From contig NZ_CP047960.1 in the NCBI RefSeq assembly GCF_014280195.1, positions 30,001 to 62,000 on the forward strand: DNA of 32,000 bases, read 5' to 3'. A model generated the notes under the pieces. That model had not been told where the DNA came from, did not search any database, and worked only from the letters and a program-made list of their open reading frames with translations. Shown piece by piece: positions 1 to 6,895 of the stretch (the stretch's first letter is position 1; each line of letters opens with the position of its first letter). The position numbers were made by a program, and so were the translations under genes. The stretch is from Synechococcus sp. A15-24. Lineage in GTDB: Bacteria > Cyanobacteriota > Cyanobacteriia > PCC-6307 > Cyanobiaceae.

Positions 1-379
1 CCGGCTGGAGATCCGTCGCAACCTGCCGGGACAGGCCGTCATGGCCCCGGTGATGTCGGCCCCTGTGACCGCCGCCACAGCACCAGTCGCGGCTGAGCCT
101 TCGTCGCCACCTCCTGCAGCCACAGCCACCCGCAGTGACCTGCTGGAGATCACGGCTCCGATGGTGGGCACGTTTTACCGCGCACCGGCACCGGGAGAGG
201 CACCGTTCATTGAAGTCGGCAATCGCATTGATGTCGGCCAGACGGTGTGCATCCTGGAGGCGATGAAACTGATGAACGAGCTCGAAGCCGAAGTCAGTGG
301 AGAGGTGGTGGAGATCCTGGTGGACAACGGCACACCAGTGGAATTCGGTCAGGTGCTGATGCGCGTGCGGCCGGCCTAG
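1..379 (+). CDS. accB: Biotin carboxyl carrier protein of acetyl-CoA carboxylase (5' end lies outside the window)
   Basis: The frame is open from the window edge ('LEIRRNLPGQAV' precedes the tracked Met at 41). A Pro/Ala linker 'AAEPSSPPPAATA' is followed by a biotinyl domain with the biotin-lysine motif 'CILEAMKLMNELEAEVSGEV'. Stop TAG at 377-379. Confidence 0.93.
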   Translation, partial: RLEIRRNLPGQAVMAPVMSAPVTAATAPVAAEPSSPPPAATATRSDLLEITAPMVGTFYRAPAPGEAPFIEVGNRIDVGQTVCILEAMKLMNELEAEVSGEVVEILVDNGTPVEFGQVLMRVRPA

Positions 380-1398
380 GCCGCTGTGAGATCCCAAGCC
401 GCCTGCAGGGCCGCGATCATGCTGTCCGGTCGGGCCAAACCCTGACCAGCGATATCGAATCCTGTGCCGTGATCGGGTGATGTGCGGAGGAAGGGCAGTT
501 CCAGGGTGGTGTTGACGGCGGCGTCAAACGCCATCAGCTTCACTGGAATCAGGCCCTGATCGTGGTACAGCGCGAGATATCCATCCGGGCCTGAGCAGTC
601 CGGTTGGTTCCAGGCCTGAGCTGCGCTCAACCAACAGGTATCGGGCGGGACGGGGCCATCCAGCCGCACGGAAGGATGGTTCTGACGCCAGCGCTTCAGC
701 AGTGGAGTCAGCCAGGTGTCCTCCTCCTGTCCGAGCCGACCCGCTTCACCGGCATGGGGGTTCAGACCTGCCACCACCAGATGAGGGTCGGGCCGGAACC
801 GCCGGCAGAAGTCCAGCAGCACGTTCAGTTTGTGCTCCACCAGTTCCGGCGTCAGTGCTGCGGCGATCTGGCTGAAGGGAAGGTGCGTGGTGGCCAGCAA
901 CGTATTGAGTCTCCAGGTCCCATGTGGTGCGATGGCTGTGAACAGCATTGAGGATTGCGCTGAACCGGCGAGTTCAGCCAGCCGTTCCGTCTGCCCGGGA
1001 TAGTGATGGCCTGCGGCATGCCAGAGGTGCTTAGCGATCGGTGCGGTGACCAGGGCCCGACCGTGTCCTTGCTGCACACACGCAACGGCGCGGGTCAGCC
1101 AACGGAAGCCCGCTGCGGCACCGGTTGTTGTCGGTTGTCCGGGTTGAACGGACACCTCCAGGGGTTGGTCGTCAATGATCAGCTGATCGGGATCGGCGAC
1201 AGCTGTGATGCCCTGCTGCAGGAGGCGGGCGTGGGTGGCCATCAGGCTGCGACGGCAGCCGACCAGAACAGGCTGGAGTGACGCAGGAAGCCTGCTGCTC
1301 GCCAGTGCCTTGAGGGTGACCTCCATGCCGATGCCTGCGGGATCGCCAAGGGCGATCAGCAGCTGCTGGCTAGCGTTGGGGTCCAACGGTGATCGCAT
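376..1398 (-). CDS. pdxA: 4-hydroxythreonine-4-phosphate dehydrogenase
   Basis: PdxA family motifs 'ALGDPAGIGMEV', 'VAGLNPHAGEAGRLG' and 'TSPDHGTGFDIAG'. I prefer the ATG at 1398 ('MRSPLDPNASQQLLIALGDPAGIG') because it gives the usual short N-terminus; the track start at 1449 is the alternative. Its stop overlaps the accB stop in a shared CTAG (376-379). Confidence 0.9.
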   Translation of the reverse strand: MRSPLDPNASQQLLIALGDPAGIGMEVTLKALASSRLPASLQPVLVGCRRSLMATHARLLQQGITAVADPDQLIIDDQPLEVSVQPGQPTTTGAAAGFRWLTRAVACVQQGHGRALVTAPIAKHLWHAAGHHYPGQTERLAELAGSAQSSMLFTAIAPHGTWRLNTLLATTHLPFSQIAAALTPELVEHKLNVLLDFCRRFRPDPHLVVAGLNPHAGEAGRLGQEEDTWLTPLLKRWRQNHPSVRLDGPVPPDTCWLSAAQAWNQPDCSGPDGYLALYHDQGLIPVKLMAFDAAVNTTLELPFLRTSPDHGTGFDIAGQGLARPDSMIAALQAAWDLTAA

Positions 1399-1640
1399 GG
1401 TCTGTGCTGAGACTGTTGCTTCTAGGCCTGATGCTGGTGGGTCTGGCAACAGGACTGCGCCAACAATGGTTGGTGATTGACTGGCTCAAGCTCACAGATG
1501 ACCTCGGCCTTCCGGCACCTGACAACTCAGAGCCCTTTGATTTCAATCGTTTGATCATCGGCGATCAGGAGCGGGACTTAGCCTCCTCTCGCAGGCAATC
1601 CTGCAGGCCGGCTTTGAAATCCGGATGGAGCAGGACATAG
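1389..1640 (+). CDS. Possible small membrane protein (hypothetical; may be spurious)
   Basis: 83-codon ORF with a GTG start and one clear hydrophobic helix 'WSVLRLLLLGLMLVGLATGL'. It sits in the 166-nt gap between the pdxA start and the SDR gene stop and runs opposite to both. It overlaps the SDR 3' end by 76 nt. No family recognised. Confidence 0.25.
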   Translation: MIAWSVLRLLLLGLMLVGLATGLRQQWLVIDWLKLTDDLGLPAPDNSEPFDFNRLIIGDQERDLASSRRQSCRPALKSGWSRT

Positions 1641-2470
1641 CCGAGCTGTTGGCACAGCAGGGTGTTGCGTACCCGGCGGTTCTCACTCCAGAACGACCGT
1701 GCCATGGCAGACATTGAACGGCTCGCTAATTCGAACGGTTCCTCTTTGGGAAGCTCGCAGCTCAGCAGGGCTGCGCCGTATTGCAGGAGCTCCTGAGGCG
1801 CTGCAGGGCAGTTATCGCTGACATTGACGATGGCCGGCCATTGGCCTGATGTGGCCTGATGCATCAGATGCAGGCAGGCGCCGGCGATGTCATCCACATG
1901 GATGCGGCAGAACACCTGATCGGCCTTCAGAATTCGCCGTGACTTTCCGGCCCGAAGACTGTCGAGCACCGAGCGGCCGGGTCCGTAGATGCCGGGAAGT
2001 CTCAGGATCTGCACCGGGAGGCCGGAGTCCAGCCAGGCCTGTTCACAGGCGTAGCGCCGCTGACTGCGCGGCTGGCCTGGATTAGCGGGATCGTCCTCCG
2101 ACACCCAGCGCCCCTGCTGATCCCCGTAGACCCCGGTGGTGGAGAGATAGCCAACCCAGGTGAGTGATCGCTCTTTCAGCTGCGACCCGAGGTGGGTGAG
2201 CACCGGGTCGTGTCCCTCGGCTGTCGGGGGAATGGTGGAGAGCACGTGGGTGATGCCGTCCAGATCGCTCGACGTTAGGATCAGCCTGGCTGTGCTGTCG
2301 AAGAGGAGATCGGCTCCTGGAGAGCTGAGGCTGCGGCGACTGCAGCGCACGGTGGTGCCGAGGGCCCTGAGCAGCCGTGTTACGTGACCACCGCTGAAAC
2401 CGCCACCGAGTACCAGCACTCGTGCATCCGAGGCGAGTGGTTGGGATCGGTTGACAAGATCAGCCAGCAT
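1565..2470 (-). CDS. NAD(P)-binding Rossmann-fold protein, SDR / epimerase-dehydratase family
   Basis: N-terminal dinucleotide-binding loop 'VLVLGGGFSGGHVTRLL', plus 'YLSTTGVYGD' and 'RLPGIYGPGR', which are typical of atypical SDR/NmrA-like epimerases. The ATG at 2470 ('MLADLVNRS..') is preferred; the GTG at 2557 is the alternative. Confidence 0.75.
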   Translation of the reverse strand: MLADLVNRSQPLASDARVLVLGGGFSGGHVTRLLRALGTTVRCSRRSLSSPGADLLFDSTARLILTSSDLDGITHVLSTIPPTAEGHDPVLTHLGSQLKERSLTWVGYLSTTGVYGDQQGRWVSEDDPANPGQPRSQRRYACEQAWLDSGLPVQILRLPGIYGPGRSVLDSLRAGKSRRILKADQVFCRIHVDDIAGACLHLMHQATSGQWPAIVNVSDNCPAAPQELLQYGAALLSCELPKEEPFELASRSMSAMARSFWSENRRVRNTLLCQQLGYVLLHPDFKAGLQDCLREEAKSRS

Positions 2471-2679
2471 CAGTACACCTGTATTAGTTCGCCGCTGCCG
2501 TGATGACTGCGAGTTGTCTGCCAACCGCACCAGCTCAACGACGCGTGATTGGAACACGGGTCATTGTCGCTCTGGCTGTTCTGGTCGGAGCGATGACCTT
2601 GGCGCCGGAAGATCCTCGAGCTCAGGCGTCCATTTGCCAGCGTCACCATTCTGCTGAGGTTTGCCGTGTCTGGTGAACC

Positions 2680-3168
2680 TCAGGCCGGTTGATAGCTCAA
2701 TTCCATGCCACCATCAGGCTTTGGCAAGGAAGCGTCCTGGGGGTGCGCCCACTGCAGCAACCGCAGGGCGAGGCGCAGATCGCCATCCATCCAGGCGCGA
2801 ATGGCCATGGCACGTCTTGGGTCATAGAAGCGCTGTCGGCGGTACCAGTCGAAAACATCGGCATCGGATTTATGACCGTTGCAGGACAGGCATGCAGGGA
2901 CGCAATTTTCAGTGACGCTTAAGCCACCACGGGCACGGGGGAGAATGTGATCAATGGATTCAGAAGGTTTGCCGCAATAAATGCAACTTTTACCGGTGTA
3001 AATATGGAGTGATTGTCTCCAGCGTCGGACGCGCAATTTGGGACAGAGTTCATCTAGAAAAACTGCATCCCGGTTATGCATCCGAATGTTTTCGGTTGAA
3101 CAAAGTTTGCCTCGGAAGTGCCGGCCGTCAATGTGTCGAAGGCTGCATTTTTGGCGATCTTTGGCCAA
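2680..3168 (-). CDS. HNH endonuclease (zinc-ribbon type)
   Basis: Canonical HNH core 'CIYCGKPSESIDHILPRARGGLSVTENCVPACLSCNGHKSD', with CxxC...CxxC zinc ligands and the H-N-H residues. The track start is TTG at 3168; an in-frame ATG at 3081 ('MHNRDAVF..') is the alternative. Confidence 0.85.
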   Translation of the reverse strand: MAKDRQKCSLRHIDGRHFRGKLCSTENIRMHNRDAVFLDELCPKLRVRRWRQSLHIYTGKSCIYCGKPSESIDHILPRARGGLSVTENCVPACLSCNGHKSDADVFDWYRRQRFYDPRRAMAIRAWMDGDLRLALRLLQWAHPQDASLPKPDGGMELSYQPA

Positions 3169-3228
3169 AGAGTTGAAGATTTTTGCGAGCCCTTGTGTTC
3201 CACCTTAGCCAAACTAAAATGATGGTTT

Positions 3229-4848
3229 GTGGGGGATTGGATTTCCGATTCCGGATCGCTCTCCTGCGGGCTTGACCTCTCGGCTGCCGGACTCATCCGT
3301 GTGGTCTGTCCGTTTGACGCCGTCACCCAGGCGCAATTGCGGCGGATCCGGCCCCGTGGTCGTTGGATGGGGCCGTCCAGGGGCTGGGAGTTTCCTCTGG
3401 CGGCAGCTGAAGCATTGATCCAGGGTTTTGCGACGCGATTTCCTGTCACCCCTCAACTGCAGCAATGGCTGGAGTGGTGTCACCACCCCTTGCCGCCATT
3501 GCCTCCCCACCGTGATCTGGTGGCGGCCGCCGATCTGACGATGGCGTTGCGGGATGGCCGGCGGCCACTCCCCCATCAACGCAGTGGAGCCCGTTGGCTG
3601 CTGGCGAGACGCGGAGCTGTTCTTGCCGATGAGATGGGGCTTGGCAAAACGTTGACGGCACTGCTGGCGGTCAGAGCCATGGTCCGCTGCGCTGAGCTGA
3701 GAGTGATGGTGGTGGCGCCGGTGGGGCTGCATGCCCATTGGCGACGGGAAGCGGAGACGGTGGATCTCCAGCCGGAGTTGGTGAGCTGGGCGCGGTTGCC
3801 TGCTGAGCTTCCACCGGCTGGAACGCTGTTGGTGGTGGATGAGGCGCATTTCGCCCAATCCCTGCAGGCGAACCGCACGGCAGCCCTATTGCGGCTGGCG
3901 CGTCACCCCCGGCTACGAGCGATCTGGATGCTCACGGGCACACCGATGAAAAACGGTCGTCCGGCTCAGCTCTATCCCTTGCTTGCTGCGATGGACCATC
4001 CGATTGCCAGGGATCAACGCCAGTTTGAGGAGCGGTATTGCCAGGGGCATTGGCGTGAGCAGCGGGGGCAACGGCGTTGGCAGGCCAGTGGTGCCACCCA
4101 GCTCGAAGAATTACGCCGTCTCACACGACCACTGATCCTCCATCGCCGCAAGGCTCAGGTGCTGGAGCTGCCGCCCAAGCAACGCCGTGAGCACACCATT
4201 GCGTTGTCAGATGCCGAATCTCTTGGGTTCGACCATCGCATTGATCTGGTGGTGGACGACTTTCGGCGTAGAGCCCTCAAGGGTGAGGTGCGGTCCGATG
4301 CGGAACCGTTGGCGGTGCTGACCGCACTGCGCCGGGTTGCAGCCGAGTTCAAGCTCCCTGGGGCGGAATCCCTCCTGCGAACGCTGTTGCAAGCCGGCGA
4401 GGCGGTGGTGCTGTTCAGCGGATTTGTGGAACCGCTGCAGTTGTTGCAGCAGCGGTTGGGTGGAGCCCTGCTCACCGGTCGTCAACGGCCGGGTGAGCGG
4501 CAGCAGGCGGTGGATCGCTTTCAGCAGGGGGGAGAGGATCTGCTGCTGGCGACTTTTGGTACCGGGGCTCTTGGATTCACCCTGCACCGCGCCAGGCATG
4601 TGGTGTTGCTGGAGCGCCCCTGGACGCCGGGTGATGTGGCGCAGGCCGAAGACCGCTGTCATCGCCTGGGGATGGCAGATGAGGTGCTCACCTGTCACTG
4701 GTTGCAGCTGGGGCCGGCGGATCAGCTTGTGGATGGTTTGGTAGCCAGCAAGGCGGAACGGATTGAGATCCTGTTGGGTCCCCGTCGTTTGACGCTCGAC
4801 CGTCAATCCTTGCCGTTGATGGTGCGGCGTTGTTTGCAGGTGTCCTGA
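3229..4848 (+). CDS. SNF2-family DNA-dependent ATPase/helicase, compact, with a HARP-like N-terminal domain
   Basis: Helicase motif I 'LADEMGLGKTLTAL', motif II 'LLVVDEAHFAQ', motif III 'MLTGTPMKN', linker 'LILHRRKAQVLELPPKQR', and motifs V-VI 'LLATFGTGALGFTLHRARHVVLLERPWTPGDVAQAEDRCHRLGM'. The N-terminal 'IRVVCPFDAVTQAQLRRIRPRGRWMGPSRGWEFPLAAAEAL' resembles a HARP repeat. GTG start at 3229; the exact start is uncertain. Confidence 0.9.
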   Translation: MGDWISDSGSLSCGLDLSAAGLIRVVCPFDAVTQAQLRRIRPRGRWMGPSRGWEFPLAAAEALIQGFATRFPVTPQLQQWLEWCHHPLPPLPPHRDLVAAADLTMALRDGRRPLPHQRSGARWLLARRGAVLADEMGLGKTLTALLAVRAMVRCAELRVMVVAPVGLHAHWRREAETVDLQPELVSWARLPAELPPAGTLLVVDEAHFAQSLQANRTAALLRLARHPRLRAIWMLTGTPMKNGRPAQLYPLLAAMDHPIARDQRQFEERYCQGHWREQRGQRRWQASGATQLEELRRLTRPLILHRRKAQVLELPPKQRREHTIALSDAESLGFDHRIDLVVDDFRRRALKGEVRSDAEPLAVLTALRRVAAEFKLPGAESLLRTLLQAGEAVVLFSGFVEPLQLLQQRLGGALLTGRQRPGERQQAVDRFQQGGEDLLLATFGTGALGFTLHRARHVVLLERPWTPGDVAQAEDRCHRLGMADEVLTCHWLQLGPADQLVDGLVASKAERIEILLGPRRLTLDRQSLPLMVRRCLQVS

Positions 4849-5213
4849 CGCACCGTGAGTTCATGGCGGAGCATCGGATCCGCGCGGTCATCCATGAGAG
4901 CGATGGCCTGTTCCACATCACGGCAGGCCTGGTCGTGCTGACCGAGCAGGGTCTGCACCAGCGAGCGATCCCGCCAGGGTTCCGGTTGATCCCGGAATGC
5001 TTCAACGCTGCCGTTGCAGCGTTGAAGTGCTGAATGCAGCTGATTGGATGCAAGGTCCTCCAGGCAGCTGCTGGTGGCCAGGGTCGAGTCAGGCGTTGGT
5101 TGCGGTGCGCTCTGACAGCCGCTGATCAGCAGCAGACCAAGGGCCAGTGCGAGGTGAGGACGCCAGCGGTGTTCAGTAGCTGTAACGCTCGGCCTCGCTG
5201 GCGGCGTAACCAT
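4803..5213 (-). CDS. Putative lipoprotein (hypothetical)
   Basis: Lipobox 'LLLISGC' follows a hydrophobic stretch 'HLALALGLLL'. The mature part is Cys-containing and hydrophilic. Codon third positions are GC-biased like the neighbouring genes. ATG at 5213 or at the ORF start 5261. The 3' end overlaps the convergent SNF2 gene by 46 nt. Confidence 0.5.
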   Translation of the reverse strand: MVTPPARPSVTATEHRWRPHLALALGLLLISGCQSAPQPTPDSTLATSSCLEDLASNQLHSALQRCNGSVEAFRDQPEPWRDRSLVQTLLGQHDQACRDVEQAIALMDDRADPMLRHELTVRQDTCKQRRTINGKD

Positions 5214-5598
5214 CGCTGCTGACGGAGGTGTCGGTCTGGGTTGCCGTTGATGTGCTGCCAAGGCTTGCTGCAGTGGCGGTGGTTGCCCCGCCGAATAGAT
5301 CGCCGAGGAACTGACCGCAGTCAGGGAACGTGCCGGGGTCCTTGACCACAGCTTCGGTGATCATCACAGAGGCATGTTCCGGTGATGTCTTGAACAGGCC
5401 GCTGCTCTGCCGCTTGATCAGGGCGTAGGCGGCGTTCCAGCTCACGTCATGGGCATTGCCGCTGCTGCGCATGAAGCAATACACCTGGGCACCCTTTTGT
5501 TCGTTGTCGGTGCCTGCCCATACTGCGCTGGATCCACCCAGCAATCCGACGATCACGCCGGCGCTGCACAGAATCCGATGGGCGATGGAGCGGGGCAT
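5173..5598 (-). CDS. Secreted hypothetical protein with a Ser/Thr/Ala-rich C-terminal tail
   Basis: From the ATG at 5598 the N-terminus is 'MPRSIAHRILCSAGVIVGLLGGSSAVWAGT', which is signal-peptide-like. The track start at 5628 is TTG. The tail is low-complexity 'GGATTATAASLGSTSTATQTDTSVSS'. No family recognised. Confidence 0.6.
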   Translation of the reverse strand: MPRSIAHRILCSAGVIVGLLGGSSAVWAGTDNEQKGAQVYCFMRSSGNAHDVSWNAAYALIKRQSSGLFKTSPEHASVMITEAVVKDPGTFPDCGQFLGDLFGGATTATAASLGSTSTATQTDTSVSSDGYAASEAERYSY

Positions 5599-5644
5599 GA
5601 AAGGACACCGTGGCTGAGTTGATCTCAAGGTATCGATGGCATGG

Positions 5645-6148
5645 TCACTGTCCAGAGCTGAACAGTCGGACCACCAGCGGCAAGACCAGCAGAACGGTGA
5701 TCAGGCGCACCGCATGCAGTGCAGCCACGGCTGCGCCGACGCCGAATTCCGCCCCCACCAGACTCATGCCACTGATGCCGCCAGGGGCAGCTCCCAGAAG
5801 AGCGATGACGGGATCGATCCCCAGCAGGCGGCTGCTCCACAGGCCCACCACGATGCCGGTGAGTACCAGGGTGAGTGTGATCAGCAGCGCAGGCCGCCAT
5901 AGCGTCTGCAATTGATCAAGGGAGGTTCGGCTGAGGCCGGTTCCGATCACGGTGCCGATTCCGATTTCCAGGGCTGTGCGGGTTCCTGATGGCCAGGAGG
6001 CCTGCTCCAGGCTGCCGCTCATGCTCAGCAGACCAGCGCCCAGGAGCGCACCGGCCAGAGGCGCGGCGGGAATCCCGCTCAGCAGCGCCAGCAACCCCAC
6101 CGTCGTGCCGGCCAGCGTGTAAAGCAGCAGCGTTGCCAGAGGGGGCAT
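5645..6148 (-). CDS. AbrB-family (putative ammonia monooxygenase-like) integral membrane protein, single-repeat size
   Basis: 167 aa, hydrophobic almost throughout with about 5 predicted helices. 'LLGAAPGGISGMSLVGAEFG' matches the PGG..M signature I associate with the AbrB membrane family. It is half the length of the usual duplicated form. Confidence 0.6.
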   Translation of the reverse strand: MPPLATLLLYTLAGTTVGLLALLSGIPAAPLAGALLGAGLLSMSGSLEQASWPSGTRTALEIGIGTVIGTGLSRTSLDQLQTLWRPALLITLTLVLTGIVVGLWSSRLLGIDPVIALLGAAPGGISGMSLVGAEFGVGAAVAALHAVRLITVLLVLPLVVRLFSSGQ

Positions 6149-6228
6149 CGGATGCGGTGGCGTGGGATTCCTTGATCTTGAGCCACCGACGTTCCTGTGT
6201 TGTCATCGGCGCAGTGTTGTCCCCGGCC

Positions 6229-6555
6229 ATGACCTCATCTGTGTCGTTCAGGATCACGCGCACCGCTGAAGACCTAGCTCAGACCATCACCGCCATCACC
6301 CAGCGTTTGGTGAAATTGGAGCAACGCCAGGAAGCGTTGGAGCTTCAGGTGCGTCAGCAGTTTCAGTCCGTGCATGAGGTGCCGGACGAGGAGCTGGCCA
6401 CACTCGATGGCATCGAGCAGCTGCTGCAGGAAACCCGCCAGTTGTTGCAATCCACGGACACGCTGGATTCTTCACTCGCGCTGCACCCTTCAGACCTCAG
6501 AGATGAGGCGCATGATCACCACGTCCATCACCACCACGGTGACATGGCCGCATAG
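6229..6555 (+). CDS. Hypothetical coiled-coil protein with a His-rich C-terminus
   Basis: The ATG at 6229 ('MTSSVSFRITRTAEDL..') avoids overlap with the divergent membrane gene; the tracked 5989 start would overlap it by 160 nt. Heptad-like 'RLVKLEQRQEALELQVRQQFQ'. The C-terminus is 'DEAHDHHVHHHHGDMAA'. Confidence 0.6.
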   Translation: MTSSVSFRITRTAEDLAQTITAITQRLVKLEQRQEALELQVRQQFQSVHEVPDEELATLDGIEQLLQETRQLLQSTDTLDSSLALHPSDLRDEAHDHHVHHHHGDMAA

Positions 6556-6593
6556 GGGTGGCAGGAGGTGCCAAAATAAAAAGAAAGGCAACT

Positions 6594-6827
6594 ATGGCCC
6601 CCACCATCCCTGCCTCAGGTGCTTGCACCGTGACCCATTCCACCACCACGCTTCACAGCATGTCCGTCGGGTCCTCCCGTTCGGGATTCATTGAAGGTGG
6701 TCACCAGCTTGAGAAACTTGAGTTTGCTTTGGCAATTGCTGAGGCACGAGGCGATATGTCGCGCTGTTCCACCCTCCGTGATCGAATTGCAGACCTTGGC
6801 GGCAATGCTGAAGAGCCGGGAACCTGA
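6594..6827 (+). CDS. Small hypothetical protein with a UVR-like helical hairpin
   Basis: The ATG at 6594 is preceded by the purine-rich 'AAAGAAAGG'. 77 aa. The C-terminal 'LEKLEFALAIAEARGDMSRCSTLRDRIADLGG' resembles the UvrB/UvrC-type UVR motif (A..E....A..LRD.I..L). Confidence 0.5.
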   Translation: MAPTIPASGACTVTHSTTTLHSMSVGSSRSGFIEGGHQLEKLEFALAIAEARGDMSRCSTLRDRIADLGGNAEEPGT

Positions 6828-6895
6828 CAAGCGATCAGTGGAAAGTTGAAAATTTGCCAGTTAGATTACAGGAATATTGTTCACTGCTGATATTG

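Noticed and set aside
376-379. accB and pdxA stop codons share the palindrome CTAG (4-nt convergent overlap). The asd and dapA genes overlap by ATGA at 29459-29462.
   Set aside because: These are common compact-genome arrangements with no special implication beyond tight packing and translational coupling.
2561-2600. Imperfect inverted repeat GTCAT(TGT)CGCTC ... GAGCGATGAC between the HNH stop and the SDR gene start.
   Set aside because: It gives 5+5 bp with a 3-nt bulge and a 15-nt loop, and no U-tract on the transcribed (minus) strand. It is not distinguishable from chance in GC-rich DNA.
5989-6228. The long form (188 aa) of the 5989..6555 ORF.
   Set aside because: The first 80 codons overlap the AbrB-like membrane gene on the other strand and translate to Arg/Pro/Ala-rich junk. 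The ATG at 6229 starts the plausible protein.
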